DNA of 55,219 bases, the filler included, from Sluysia triapertura (lineage: Eukaryota): NCBI GenBank assembly GCA_046118255.1. It is 4 parts of 4 records of this genome, joined end to end, with 100 filler letters (N's around TTAATTAATTAA, not from the genome) between each part and the next. Parts side by side here need not be neighbours in the genome. Positions count along the whole stretch, not along the records: positions 10,884 to 21,813 come from JBJNIA010191396.1; positions 21,914 to 43,193 come from JBJNIA010261729.1; 2 more parts are not named here. One strand, written 5' to 3'. Below, piece by piece: positions 13,741 through 26,257 of the stretch; the stretch's first letter is position 1, and each line of letters starts with the position of its first letter. A program made the position numbers and the translations under genes. Under the pieces are notes generated by a model, which searched no databases, was not told the DNA's origin, and worked only from the letters and a program-made list of their open reading frames with translations.

Positions 13741-14084
13741 GTTAAATAGAGATGAAAAGCAACAGAAAAAACAACTTTCGTTTGTGAAAAATGAAGTTTG
13801 ACATAGTTTTTAAATAAGGATGTAACACTTCACATGCCCACTACACGGATCCGTGTCCACGGGAAACAAGCAAAAAACCTCACATTTTTAAGTCAGTGAA
13901 CGTCTTAATAGGGTGAATCATTATACTGATACATAAATGATTATATCTAAATGACGATAGAAAATTCAAATATTTATGCTTCCATGAATAAGCGCGGTTT
14001 ATCTACAGAAAAAGATCGTTTTAAAAATTTATAAACAAAATTAAACACTAAAAATTTATGTAAGACAGAAATATTATAAAAGGG

Positions 14085-14311
14085 CGAATTCATGAAGTTG
14101 TGGCTTTCATCGCGCAAGTGTTTCTTGTGAAATCAATTGATGCGATTCCTGGTCGATTTGAGTCACTGGTGACGAAGGATTGAACTTATATTGAATTTTA
14201 AATAAAGTCCATGCAATGTACTTTCTTCTCGTATTTATTAAACATATAAATCATATTTAAAATATAAACTACAGTTATTTTAAAATATGGAGTTGCTTTT
14301 CAATCATCCTG
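14085..14311 (+). mobile_element. Tc1/mariner 3' end remnant
   Basis: ..KSIDAIPGRFESLVTKD*TYIEF resembles a mariner C-terminus; TIR-like end caatcatcctg. Confidence 0.35.
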
Positions 14312-15479
14312 CATTTTTCATACTGGATTTATTTATTACTATTTGTCTGTGTCTGCTAATATTCACTTTTTAGTGATTTTTCATCAATATTCACATTTAT
14401 GCCTAATCCGTAACATTTTCTGAGTGCTAATTAAGTTTTATGGATTCACTTTTTTACAATGCACGTAATAGTTTGCAAAGATGTGTTTTTAAAGTAACAA
14501 AGTGAATATTCGACGATATTTTTAAATAATGTAAAATAAATGAAATATAATTTTATCCTTTTATTATCGAAATTTTATTTAAATTATTTTTATTTTAAGT
14601 TTTTATCGATTCTTTCTAGGAATATTTTCTGACCTTTTGATGAAAAATGATTAATTATTATATCATTTTTTAACACGTGCGTTGCTGAGCGACATAAACA
14701 CATACTTTTACATTCGAGATAACTCGTAGTTGGCAGGGAATGCATTAACAATGATTATGTAATTGTTTTGCTATTTTTATAATTTTTTATTTGATTTTAT
14801 ATAAAATTAAAATAATAAATTTAATTTTAAATTTCTTTAAAGTTATGTAACTATTATTTACATTTTATTGTGGAATTACATTTTTAGTAATATTTTCACT
14901 ATCTTCTGCTATTTCTTTGCCCAGAACTTATAATTTATCTAAATAACATTATTATTCTTTAATAATATTATAATATTTATGAAATATGTATTCGAAAATG
15001 AACATGGAAGAAAATATTAATTATATTGTTTGTTGTGGTTTAACGTTATTTGAAAGGTTTATTTTTAAAATTAATTTTTTGAAAAGATTTGATTCGTAAT
15101 TATTAAAAACATTTAAAAATTAAAAATCGAATTGTTAATTTTTAAAATTTTAGAAACATAAATAGTAAAAATCAAAAACAAAATTGTCTAAAAGCCATTG
15201 TTCGCTATCTAAATAAAAACCATAAGTTAATATAACGTTTATGAAAGGATAAAAATTGTTTACTTCGCATTCATCGAGCATAACAATGATATCGGTTGTT
15301 GATTTGATTTCATCGGCTAGTTCTGACGCTTAATTCCCATCTTTTTCAATCGGTAATGTAACAATTTGACTTGTTGATAAATACAACTGTGACAACTTTT
15401 CTTCACTCTCTCATTTACACAACTCCACATTTCTTAATGCAAAATTCGAAAAATCTTTTACTTTAGTACGATTTGGTTG

Positions 15480-16677
15480 CCGAGAGTGGTTTATTTGATC
15501 GTGTCAACAGCCAACACATTTAAATCGATGTTAGATTGACTCTCTTTTGAATATATGCTGGATAAAAATGGTACACTTTAACTGACAACATCTATGGTAG
15601 CACTATCAGATTGACGGCATGGAATTGACTCATACATATTCCAGATAACAGTTGAAATACTAATTTAATTTGTTGTTGTAGAGCTGTTTTAGCGAGGTAT
15701 ACTAGCTCAATGATATTTTCTTGCTTGGCATCATTTTTTTGATTTCCATTTTTTACATTATCTTCCAAGAGATTCTTTTGAGTATTTTTAACTACAATAA
15801 TTTCCAACTCATAATTTTCATAATTTTGATCAATGTGTTTGGATATCGATTTTGAATTTATTCCCTTTTCATTTTCATTTTTCACATCATATTTCCCTTG
15901 AGATGGATAAAAGCCCGAACAGCATTCCACTTTGCTGGACTAGATTTAGATGTTGATGCATGTCGTCGTTTTTTCGATACAAAACTTTCATTATTGGCAA
16001 AACTTAATCTTTGATCTTTCAAATCATCAAATGCATCTTGAAGTTGATGTGTAATGAGATCGAAAAAGACTTCTTTCGACTTCAAGAAGAATTGCAACAT
16101 GTTAGATGGCAGTGTAGAATTTCTATTAATGATTTTAACATGATAACTTCTTTTCTAACGGAATCAATAGGATTAATCATCTATATTTGAGAACGATTTG
16201 ATACTTCTAGCATATTCAAACTAAACTTTAAATATTTCTTGTAATTTATTATCTATTATACGATTTTCCCAATGTGTCAGCAATTGCATTTCTTGATTAT
16301 GTTATCACACGAATAATTTGTAAACATCGCAAATCGAGATCACTGTGATCTTGCTTATTAATTGGTTTAGATTTTGTACTACTTGTCAAACTTAGATCAG
16401 ATTCTTGTAATTGTCGTAATACTACTTCGACATCTTTATATGATTTGACATACTTTATAACATAATTTAAATTCGCAAATACTGTTATATGATCGTGAAG
16501 GTCTCTACTTAACTGTGAAGCAATTGGATCAGCTTCGTTGTACTTTTTATCAATTTTAATATTTAATTGATGCTCGACGATGTTTAAATCTGGTATCATT
16601 TGATTACAATTAAACAAACATGTTTTTAATTTGCGATTCAATTCTAAATGATCGTTTTTGTAAAATTTCTTACTCAT
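15480..16677 (-). pseudogene. cassette B cargo: disrupted intronless coding region with possible degenerate RING-like end
   Basis: Three successive same-strand ORFs (16297-16677, 15882-16100, 15592-15930) broken by stops and frameshifts. The distal part reads GICMSQF..IVLP..HF..FKCVGC across frames. Confidence 0.45.
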
Positions 16678-16841
16678 TTTTAATTTTGGCGTAAAAATTT
16701 GAGTGTACTATTATTATACTAACTTTTGTTCTTTTTTGTCTTAATATTATAAAAATCGAATTGTCTACTCTGATCTGGATTGGCTACTGTGTCTGGATTT
16801 GTTTAAAAATTGCCATAAAATTAATGTACATTGTCAATTTG

Positions 16842-17015
16842 ACTGGCTGTCCAACCAGATATATATATAGTGATAGGTTCAATCTGGTTGGACAACCAGT
16901 AATAATCATTGCACAAATTAATTGATAGATGACAATAACTGTATAGGTAAATTAATGCAGTCACCACTGGTAGTGGTAGTTACTAAATTAATCAATAACA
17001 TAAATTAGTATGAAT
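16842..17015. promoter_or_regulatory. cassette conserved region, copy B
   Basis: Inverted repeat 16842-16860/16882-16900 (18/19) around an ATATATATA loop; homologous to 3487-3655. Confidence 0.65.
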
Positions 17016-17059
17016 AATAATAATAATACAATGTTATTATTCATAACAAATAAATACAT

Positions 17060-17790
17060 AGGTTCCCTATTTATTAGCTTAGCATGATCTTTCTTTTGTT
17101 CCTTTAAATTTCTCGACATACGTAAAAGTTAAAAACTTAAAATACTTAAAATGAAATTCTTTTAGATGAGTTTACTGTATGATTAGCAGTTCAAGATATA
17201 CATTGTCGTTCTGACGTTGTAAGTAATACTTAAACGCTTTAAATGTAATTTTAAATGCTGCTTACTAGTTCACTAGTTTTACGTGAATTTTCAAATACTA
17301 TTTAATGTTAGTTACTAAAGATCTATTAGAGTGTATAAGGTTATGACTTAAGTACTTTAGAATAGTATAAATGTTAAAAATGGATGATAAATGTACATTG
17401 TGTTTTGAAAGAAAGTAATGTCTAGCTGTTAGGATTTAAATGATAACAGATCGTGAATTTAGAATGTTTGAATTAATTTGAAGGTGTCTGGTAATTAATT
17501 TCGAATGTGGTTGTGGTTGGATTGTTATGAGATGACGAATAAAATATTTTTGATGAATTTTTTAATGTAAGCTGACGGTTTTGAATGTCATTGTGGCTTG
17601 AATGTTATGAGATTGTGGATTTAATTGATTTTAACACATGAAGATGTTTTAATGGATATGGAAATGTTAAAATGTTAGAGAATATGGTTTAATATATATA
17701 CAATGTGTTGATTTAGTTTAAAATTGTTTTGTTGATTTTTGAATGTAAATTGTAGATTTTGAGGGTTAGTGTTATATTGACATAGGATTA
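17060..17790. repeat. G/T-skewed cassette arm (dispersed repeat)
   Basis: Reverse complement of ~17470-17545 aligns with ~25905-25980 (caaccacaaccacattc..ttaat.acca.a.a.cttcaaatt); tgttatga.attgtggatt is shared with ~19727-19745. Confidence 0.6.
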
Positions 17791-17859
17791 TATAAAAAAT
17801 GTAAATATCAATTAAATAAAATATCATCACATATTCGAAAATTTATTAATATAGAAACA

Positions 17860-18130
17860 ACTAAACTTATTGGTTCATTCATTGATAACTAACAACATAG
17901 ATTTTAACAATGGTTATTGTACTCAATTTCATATAGAAAAGTGAAAAAATTACATTTAATAATGAATCAAGCAGCAAGACTAATTCTTCAAGTGGGAAGA
18001 AGATCTCATGTAACACCTTATCTTAAGGAACTACTTTGATTTCCAATAAAATCAAGAATAGAATTCAAAATCATGACAATAATTTACAAATGCTTACATT
18101 ACGGAAGTCCTGAATATCTTTTAGAAATAA
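17860..18130 (+). mobile_element. L2/CR1-group LINE ORF2 C-terminal remnant
   Basis: KKLHLIMNQAARLILQVGRRSHVTPYLKELL*FPIKSRIEFKIMTIIYKCLHYGSPEYL matches the L2-type pattern LQ..QN.AAR..H.TP.L..LHWLP..RI.FK..P.YL. Confidence 0.8.
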
Positions 18131-19206
18131 TAAAAAATTTGGAATATTTCATTGAGAATATTTGGAATATTATATTATAATTTGGAATATTATATTATTA
18201 TATTATTATTCAATTATATTATTATTATATTATTCTCATTATTTAATAATATCAATTGTAGTTTGCTTTATATTATTTTGTCTTGTTAATAATTATTAAA
18301 TAAATTTTCTATTAATGGTGAATGTTTTATTAATGATAATTTATAATTTTTCATTATATTATTATTAACAAAAGAACAAAAGAAATTTTCAGTAATAAAA
18401 ATAGACAAAACAAAAATAAGTAAAAAAAGTTAATTACGACAAAATATAAAATATTGACAGTTAAAAGATATAATTATCAATTGAATAAAATATCAAATAT
18501 TAGAATATTTGTCATCGACTCCATATTTATGGCGATTTCAAAGACTAATCACAGTAGTTCTTGGACGGATATTGCTGTGGTGACCCATACCATTATTAAC
18601 GATTTTATTCATTCAATACTTCATATTTCACCTTCCAAAATCATTCACTCGCCTACACAACATTCGATACTTTAGGGTTGAAATGATTTATACATTGAAT
18701 TAAAATTTGCAAGTTATTGTTGACAATTATTAGATCTTGAAATTAATCCGCAAGTGTCAACATCAAAAGGTATTATTTTCTTGACATGTAAAATTCTTAG
18801 TTGATCTTCTGAACATGGATAAGATTTAATGCGTAACAAACAGTGTGATAATCAATATCAATTAATAAAGTACGCATTAAATGAGGTATTATAATCTGAA
18901 TACGATTTTTATTTAAAATTGATAATAACAATAGGTTTTGGCTTTCAATAAACTTTAAATTTATACTTTCATTATGAATAATTGCATTGTCGTTAATATT
19001 CATTGAATTATAACATAAAACATTTTATTCAAAGTTGACTTTATCCTTTTTTTTAATGTTTTATCGATATGATCAAAATTGTTTATAATGTCTGGTATTA
19101 AAATTTTTTAATTCAGTACTTATGAATTGTGGTAAATATTTTTCTGCACTCTAATTTTTATAATTTTTAGTTGGTCATAATAAAATTGTTACTTAGTAGT
19201 GATAAC

Positions 19207-19330
19207 GACGTCCAATACAATAAGAGATAACATGTACACAAATAGCATTAATTGGGCGTCCAATCAAGTTACAACCAAAATCATGTCAATTAGTGTTAGT
19301 AGCCAGTAGACTGATGACAGACAATGAAAT
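19207..19330. promoter_or_regulatory. cassette conserved region, divergent copy C
   Basis: gacgtccaat (19207-19216) / attgggcgtc (19251-19260) inverted repeat (9/10), followed by an AAT tract and a G/T-skewed arm as in copy B. Decayed minus-strand coding-like DNA at ~18500-19090. Confidence 0.45.
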
Positions 19331-20756
19331 AAAATTAGTTGACAAGGCAGTGTTAACGCTGGTAGACAACATAATAATAATAATACATAATAATAATGAT
19401 GTTAATGATTATTACGAACAATATTAAATAATAATAATTATAATGATAAATGAAATAAAATAATAATTGTGTTGAAATATAAAAGTACAAATTTTAAATT
19501 TCATCTTTTAAATGTTTTGAAACATGATCTTTACATAAATAAAATTCTTTGAAAATGATTTATAAAGATAAATTTTTGTTTAGAATTCTCACAATGGTTT
19601 TAAGTACGAATTTAATGTTTTTCGCGATGTTACTTATTAAATGTCAAAGAATTGTGAACTTAAAAGGTTTCGGATTGGTTTTAAGATGTATTTTTGAATA
19701 GTTTAGTAAGTAATTGTAACTCTGGTGTTATGAAATTGTGGATTAAAATGTTTTAATGTACGTTATTAATCTGAATGTAAATGTAATTTTAATATTATAA
19801 AGTTGTGAAATAAAATGTTTTGAAAAAAATAAAAATAAGTTTTAATGGATCTAAGAAATGTAAAATATAGAAAAGGTAAAAATGGATTTAGAATGATTAT
19901 TTGAATTTTAACTTAGAGGTTGGCCACCACAAATTCGTTACCATAACCTAGTCACTACTCCCACAATCCTTGTGAACATTAGCGAATCTTACAACTAATC
20001 TCTTATCACTTCCAAAATGCTTAATTAATTATTGTTACCATTGTTACAGTCATGATTGAACATTGAAAATAATAGTGTAGACACAGTCTTCTCATTTCGG
20101 TGCAATGTTAAATCAATAAATTTCAAATAAAAAATTTATAGTTTTAAAAACAAAGGTTGGTATAAAATTGACATTCGCTCATTGGAAATAGAGGTACACA
20201 GTTTGGAAAATTGAACCAATAAATAATATGGAAATTCATATGGAAATGAAGTCAAATAAAAGTGATAAAGATGAGTTAATAAAAATTCAAATAAAACTCG
20301 AAAATGAAACCAAAAATTATCGAAACTTGGTTTATAAATGTACTGACTGGGTTATGACTGTAGGTTTGGCATATAAAATCGCCTTATCATTTATAACAAC
20401 GTTACAAAATCTTGGCTTAAGGCCCGTTCTACATTTAAAAATATCATTATCTCAATGAACATGGACTTAACGTCCTTTTTACTATTAGAATTATTAAAGA
20501 GAACTTTAAAGCAGAAGTCGGAATAACAATCTAAATTAAATTTGAAATAAAACTTTATCAAACATAAAAATTCTCTACAACATAAATATTTAAACTTATG
20601 TACTTGAATACAGAAAATTGCGGTTTTAATAAATCTGAAAACTAAGAAAGCATAACCTAAAGCGTCTGTAGTATCAAGTAATATACCTATGGGATCATAT
20701 ACATATATTTGTAAACAATAGTTTCAAATCTGGTGGTTGTGGTACAAAAGATAAAC

Positions 20757-21225
20757 TCAGTTTAAAGCTAGACGAAGCTCCACTCCAGTTGATGAGAAAG
20801 GCATTACTATCACAATGTCAAAATTAGTGATATAACGATTTATGTTTATGAAAATATTCCATAAGTTTAGATAGATATCGTATCTAAAAGTATCGTAGAT
20901 CTCTGTATACTCGTTGTAATCAGTTAAATATCGTGGATTTAGAAAAGTAACTTGAAATTTAAATGGAGTTAAACTTCCGACTGCATAACTGGCATGTGAA
21001 ACTTTTGGAATTTTTATGCTCTCGCTGAATGATGCTACAAACGGATCGTTCACGAAACTAGGTATTTGATTTCGTAACTTTTCATCATTTTGATACACAT
21101 TATTTCACACTTAAACCTATAATTTTACACGACTCTTTAGTGGAAATAATGTTATAATAACAATTGTATAATATATTCCTATAAAACCAGCCATTGCTTG
21201 ACCAAAAATAAGAAATTTCCCCATA
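20757..21225 (-). CDS. hypothetical protein fragment, hydrophobic segment followed by SEA-like region
   Basis: MGKFLIFGQAMAGFIGIYYTIVIITII (TM-like), then in another frame FKFQVTFLNPRY..YDTFRYDIYLNLWNIF..VMPFSSTGV with SEA-like spacing. The join between frames is unresolved. Confidence 0.3.
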
Positions 21226-21644
21226 TCATTTTCACTGCTTCTCTTACTGACAATAATTTCTCATAATTTATCATAATTCTTAATTTTTCTATATCCGGCA
21301 GCATTTTGCTTTACTTTGAAGAATCAATAAATATTTTATTACAACATTCATAGCTTTTTATCACAAATAATTTTCCATTAATTATTTCAATTTTTAATTT
21401 CCAACTTTTTTGGTGGAATAATTGGAATTAATGACGGTACTGCGACAATTTACACCAAATTTTTGTTTCTGTGGGAGATTTTTAATTCATTTTTCAGACC
21501 CTATGATTTGTAACTTTCCAACTTTGTGCCAGGTTAGGACAGAAACAGCACTTTGTGTGGAAGTGGTTATTTAATCTAAATTTCCAACATTTTTTTACAC
21601 CTGTATGTATTCTGAAGGTCACGTATGAACGTGTGCGTGTGTAC

Positions 21645-21813
21645 CTGAGCATGTGTGGGTGAGTAAGGACTCCCCGAGTCAGTACTGCTCAGCAGAGTTT
21701 CACTGTTCATCTTGGTTTTGAGGCAGGCGATGTATCTGCTACAGAAGTCCTTACACAGGTCGCTCACCTTCTCCAGCTCCAGCAGGTGGATGCGCAGGAC
21801 CTGGATCGCCTTG
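21645..21813 (-). CDS. PKNOX1: PKNOX1/Prep1 homeobox gene exon (MEIS/PKNOX N-terminal domain), vertebrate-like and probably foreign
   Basis: [56 protein letters not shown] then GT donor at 21644. Nearly the same as vertebrate PKNOX1 as I recall it ([14 protein letters not shown]). GC-rich codons unlike the rest of the window; truncated at contig end. Confidence 0.9.
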
Positions 21814-21913
21814 NNNNNNNNNNNNNNNNNNNNNNNNNNNNNNNNNNNNNNNNNNNNTTAATTAATTAANNNNNNNNNNNNNNNNNNNNNNNNNNNNNNN
21901 NNNNNNNNNNNNN
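21814..21913. other. artificial contig linker
   Basis: 44 N + TTAATTAATTAA + 44 N. Confidence 0.97.
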
Positions 21914-22439
21914 TTAGATAGAATGATTTAAAATACTTAATGAAAGGTTGAAATTATTTTAATTTTGAATGGTGATTACAAAATAAGTCTCAATACATTA
22001 TCATGTCACTGCGAGTAATTGTGAATGATGAATATGTGTAAATGAAATGGGTTTAGGTCGGTGTTGTTGATTAAGGTTTTAGATGGAAATGATCTATGTT
22101 TCTAAGGTGTTTGTTAGGGTTATTCGATAAAGCCATTATATTTATGATTTGTGAAGTTTATATTATGATTGTGATTTGTTTGTTGACGTATCTGGTGATT
22201 GAATGTTGTGAATTGTTCGAGGCTAGATGTCGAAGTTTGTTATGCTATGGATAGTTGAAATGTTAGTTGAATTGTTGGTATATGTGAATTGATAAGGTGT
22301 TGTGAATATCGAATGTTATTTTATGATGTTTGTGTTGGTGTAGTTCGAAAGTAAAAAGTGTGATTATTTTAAAATTTGAATTTTGGTGAAATTAAATCTG
22401 TGAACAAAGAATATGAATTTTGATGGATTTTAATTATGA

Positions 22440-22772
22440 GTGTTGGCCACTACATGGTAATCAGAAAGCCGCAACAGAATTCAATGTCGATCAATCAATG
22501 ATTCGAAGATTGAGAAAGCAAGAGGATGAACTAAGACAGACTAAAAAGTCATGTAAAAGCTTTCGTGGAAACACTCCAAGACGATCTCAAGTATTGGATC
22601 ATGGAAATGTGATCAGTTGGCAAAAGTATCTCAACAGTCTCTATGCGGCTCAAGGCCAAAGCATTGGCCAGGGAAATGGGAATTATGAATTATTTTAATG
22701 GTGCGGCTTATACGTCAATTACATTTTCTGAAAAATATTGGGAAGGTGCGGCTTACAGTCCGGAAAATACGG
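22440..22772 (+). mobile_element. pogo-family element remnant (N-terminal HTH + right TIR)
   Basis: HGNQKAATEFNVDQSMIRRLRKQEDELRQTKKSCKSFRGN (Brinker-type HTH of POGK-like transposases); twin GGTGCGGCTTA motifs; ends CCGGAAAATACGG followed by TA. Confidence 0.8.
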
Positions 22773-23589
22773 TAATAATACTGTTTTAAAATTTTAATAT
22801 TCTATTAAAAATAAAGATTTAGAATCTTGCATGTATTATTTAGATTTTATTGAAATTAGCCTAAATATTTTTAAAATATCATTTTCAAATTTACATGAAA
22901 ATATATTTTTGAAGCTTTTCATTGTTTGAATAATAATTATTATATTTTCTGGAATTTCAACATCACAAATAAGCATGAGTAGGTAATTTATTTTATTGAC
23001 ATTTCAACAAATAATTCACTTTATAAAGTAAATCCTTATTAAAATTCTTTTAAAAATTTTAAAACATTTTATTGAAAACTATAATGCTGCAACTTAGTAG
23101 AAATAATAAAACTGTTGATTTGTGATGTTACTTCGCATTTAGTGATGTATATATTCGACAAAATTGTGACAAAGTCGAAATGAAAAACAAAAATTGATTA
23201 AAGTATATTAAATTATATAAAATTATTGTAATTGATTGCACATAAAAGTGATTAACTACATATTGCTTAAAAATACATTCGGGTTTTGTTAAATTAAAAT
23301 GACTTAATGATTTGACTAAAATTAATGTAATTATAAAAATTAATTTAGAAATTAATAGTGCATTTAATAATTGATAATCAAAATTAATAATAATACAAAG
23401 TATAGAAATTACTAAAATTAATAATAATAAAATTTTAAAATTAACAATAAAGGAAATGTAATGTAATGATAATGTAATAAATACGTTTAACGGATAAATT
23501 GCTTACGACAAAAAAGAAAATAATGAGACTACTATATGCCTTATTAAATTAAATTAACGCTTATTTCTTTGATTAAGTCTTCGATGATG

Positions 23590-23826
23590 TCATGCATCCT
23601 TTTGGAGTAAATACAAGTACCATTAAGATTATACTACACTACAAGATTCAGTCTCGAAATGCACTTGTTTTTGTTGATGCTTATGAAATTCCTGCACAAA
23701 TATGATAGTCTTCTTAGGAATAGGCTTTGCATTGGTTTCGTCAACGGTCTATGTCTTCGCATACAGTTGCATCATTCATGCTTACATTGCAACACGAAAC
23801 ATTTCATATCTTCACACAAACATCGA
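23590..23826 (-). pseudogene. degenerate EGF-like (calcium-binding type) Cys-rich fragment
   Basis: Across frames: RCLCED.., VCEDID.., INKNKCISRLNL..LNGTCIY; multiple stops. Confidence 0.4.
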
Positions 23827-25007
23827 GTAAAAATAAACATTAGAATATTAGTAGTAAATTACCATAACATTAAATATATTTCGTTTATTTGCTAAAATAA
23901 ATCTAAATTTATGAACTATCAAAATCTTTTTTAAGTACAAAATAATAACTCGTGATTAGGTTTATTAAGTTTCAAATGAATTTGATTTACTTTTGTTTTC
24001 AGGATATATTTAAAATTTAAAGAACGACTATAATAATTACTAATAATCACAAACAATTAGAGTGAATTTCACTATCCAGATTGTCACTCAGCAACTCAAG
24101 ACTTTAAAATGATTAAGCTGAAGATAATTAAAACCATAGCAGTTCCTATTTTATCACATGAATATTACATAAAAAACATTATTTACTTAATCAAATGTTA
24201 AGTAAATTTTTCCAAAAAAATGTGTTTGACCCAAACCTTTTACTAATTGCACTCTCTGTTTTAATTTAATAATTAATAAACAAATAATTATTTGCCAATA
24301 CTATAATTAAAAATTACCTGATTGTAATTCATACTTCATTTCAGTGCAAAATTTATTTAAAGTAATTTTATTCATAATTAAATGAATATAATTTTTAAGT
24401 TTATTGTTATCGTTGTCTTCTATTCTTTTAATGTGCATCATAGTTGCACATTGTAATTCCGGTATTATATTTATTACATTTAAATCCGTATTTTCATTTT
24501 TCTGTTGATATTTATAAAAATTTTGAAATTTCTCATGGTTATACATTGGATTCGGATTTTTCATTTTATATTTGGTGTTAAATTTTTATAGATCAATAAT
24601 CTATTTATATATTAAAACAAATTTAAAACATCATACCAACTAAAGCAATATTTCACATAGATGAATATTGAAATTTTGCAGCCAAAAACTATAAATTAAT
24701 GAATAATAGAAACAAATATGAAAATAAACTTTTCGAAGACTTTATTTCCGAATCAATGTAAAAAAACCTCGTTAACTCATAACGTCAAAATTCATTGATC
24801 ATGAATGATTGTTGGAAAATTACATTATACCTAAATATTGGCACTGAGTAAATATGTAAACGTCTAATTTGTTTTTTGTGTTATATTTGTTTTAGTTCTC
24901 TTTACTACTTAATTGCATTGTTTATTTAGTTTTTCTTGTATAATATGTAATTATTGCTTTCAGATTTAACTTGAAAAAACAATCTCTTAAATTATGTAAT
25001 ACTTGGA

Positions 25008-25250
25008 TTAACCCTTCGGTACGGGTGCATTTCGCAATATCGCACTCACATACACAAAAAAATCCATTGTAAAATTGTTCACATTGTGCCAAGTAAAACT
25101 GTCGATCACAGTTTCTTCATCATTGTCACTGCTAGGATCACTATGATCACTACTCTCTATTTTCATCACTATCTGAATTATCAAAGCGCAAACGATTTAC
25201 CTCGAAAAATTTAGAAATCCGAATGAAAGTAATGAAGCGACAAGACCACT
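25008..25250. mobile_element. piggyBac-like terminus and acidic fragment
   Basis: TTAA followed by CCCT terminus at 25008-25015; the minus strand encodes a D/S/E-rich stretch typical of piggyBac N-termini. Other end not found. Confidence 0.4.
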
Positions 25251-26257
25251 AAATTGTTTATCCATACTCATAGTTATATTTGTTAAAATATTAAAGTGCA
25301 TTTGTTAATTAATTTAATTAAAATGTGTTTAATTTGATAATTCAATAAAAATGTTTGCTCACGATATAATTATATTAAATTTAATTTATAATGTTGAGTT
25401 TTATTAGTGTTTTTAATGATGAAGTATTGCTAAGCACGTCAACGTAGATAACGTAAAAATTAGTTATTTTAATTAATTTTTGTAATTTGAAATTAAAGTT
25501 AAATATGTTCCGATGTCTAAGTATTAATGAAGTGTATATCAAATTGATGCTTATAAAGATACTAATTCAAATATGTTATTAAACTTGACGTGTGGCGTAC
25601 AGTTGGTGCACAACGTATTAATGCAGAATACTTCTGTGAGAAATAGATTTATTATTTCATAAATTTTATTTTTAAATTAAGTTGACAAATTACTTTATTG
25701 GTATAATAACAATGTAACAAGGATTTTAAATTTTGATAATTAAAATGAGATTGAATTTGCTGCCGAAATTCAATCAGTTAAATTTATTATCGACTAAAAA
25801 AGAATAGAGAGCTTTAATTTCCGTCTTGTTCAATTTATAATTTTAATTTCCTACAGCATTATAAAACTGCTATTATATTTCCACTTATTTCCACTTAAAA
25901 ACATTATTCAGCATCCATTAACAACTCAACCACAACCACATTCTAAGTTAATCACCAAATATCTTCAAATTTATGCAAACACTTCATATTCATAATCTGC
26001 ATCATTTAATTCCGAACATTATAGAAAAACATTACTTCAGTCAAAAATATCATAAATCTTCAATTCGTCAAAGCTTCCTTTTTATATAAACTTAAATATA
26101 TTAAGAAAAGCACAATAAAAACAGAAAGACCATGTAAACTTTAAGATTTTTGAAGAATGTATGCGTATATTATAATAATAATCATAATAATAAATTTTAC
26201 AAAATAATAATAATTATTATTATTAATTTAACAAAAATTTTTGTTCAAAACCAACTG

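Noticed and set aside
16861-16881. CRESS-virus origin in the hairpin loop
   Set aside because: No TAGTATTAC-type nonanucleotide in any loop and no Rep gene seen.
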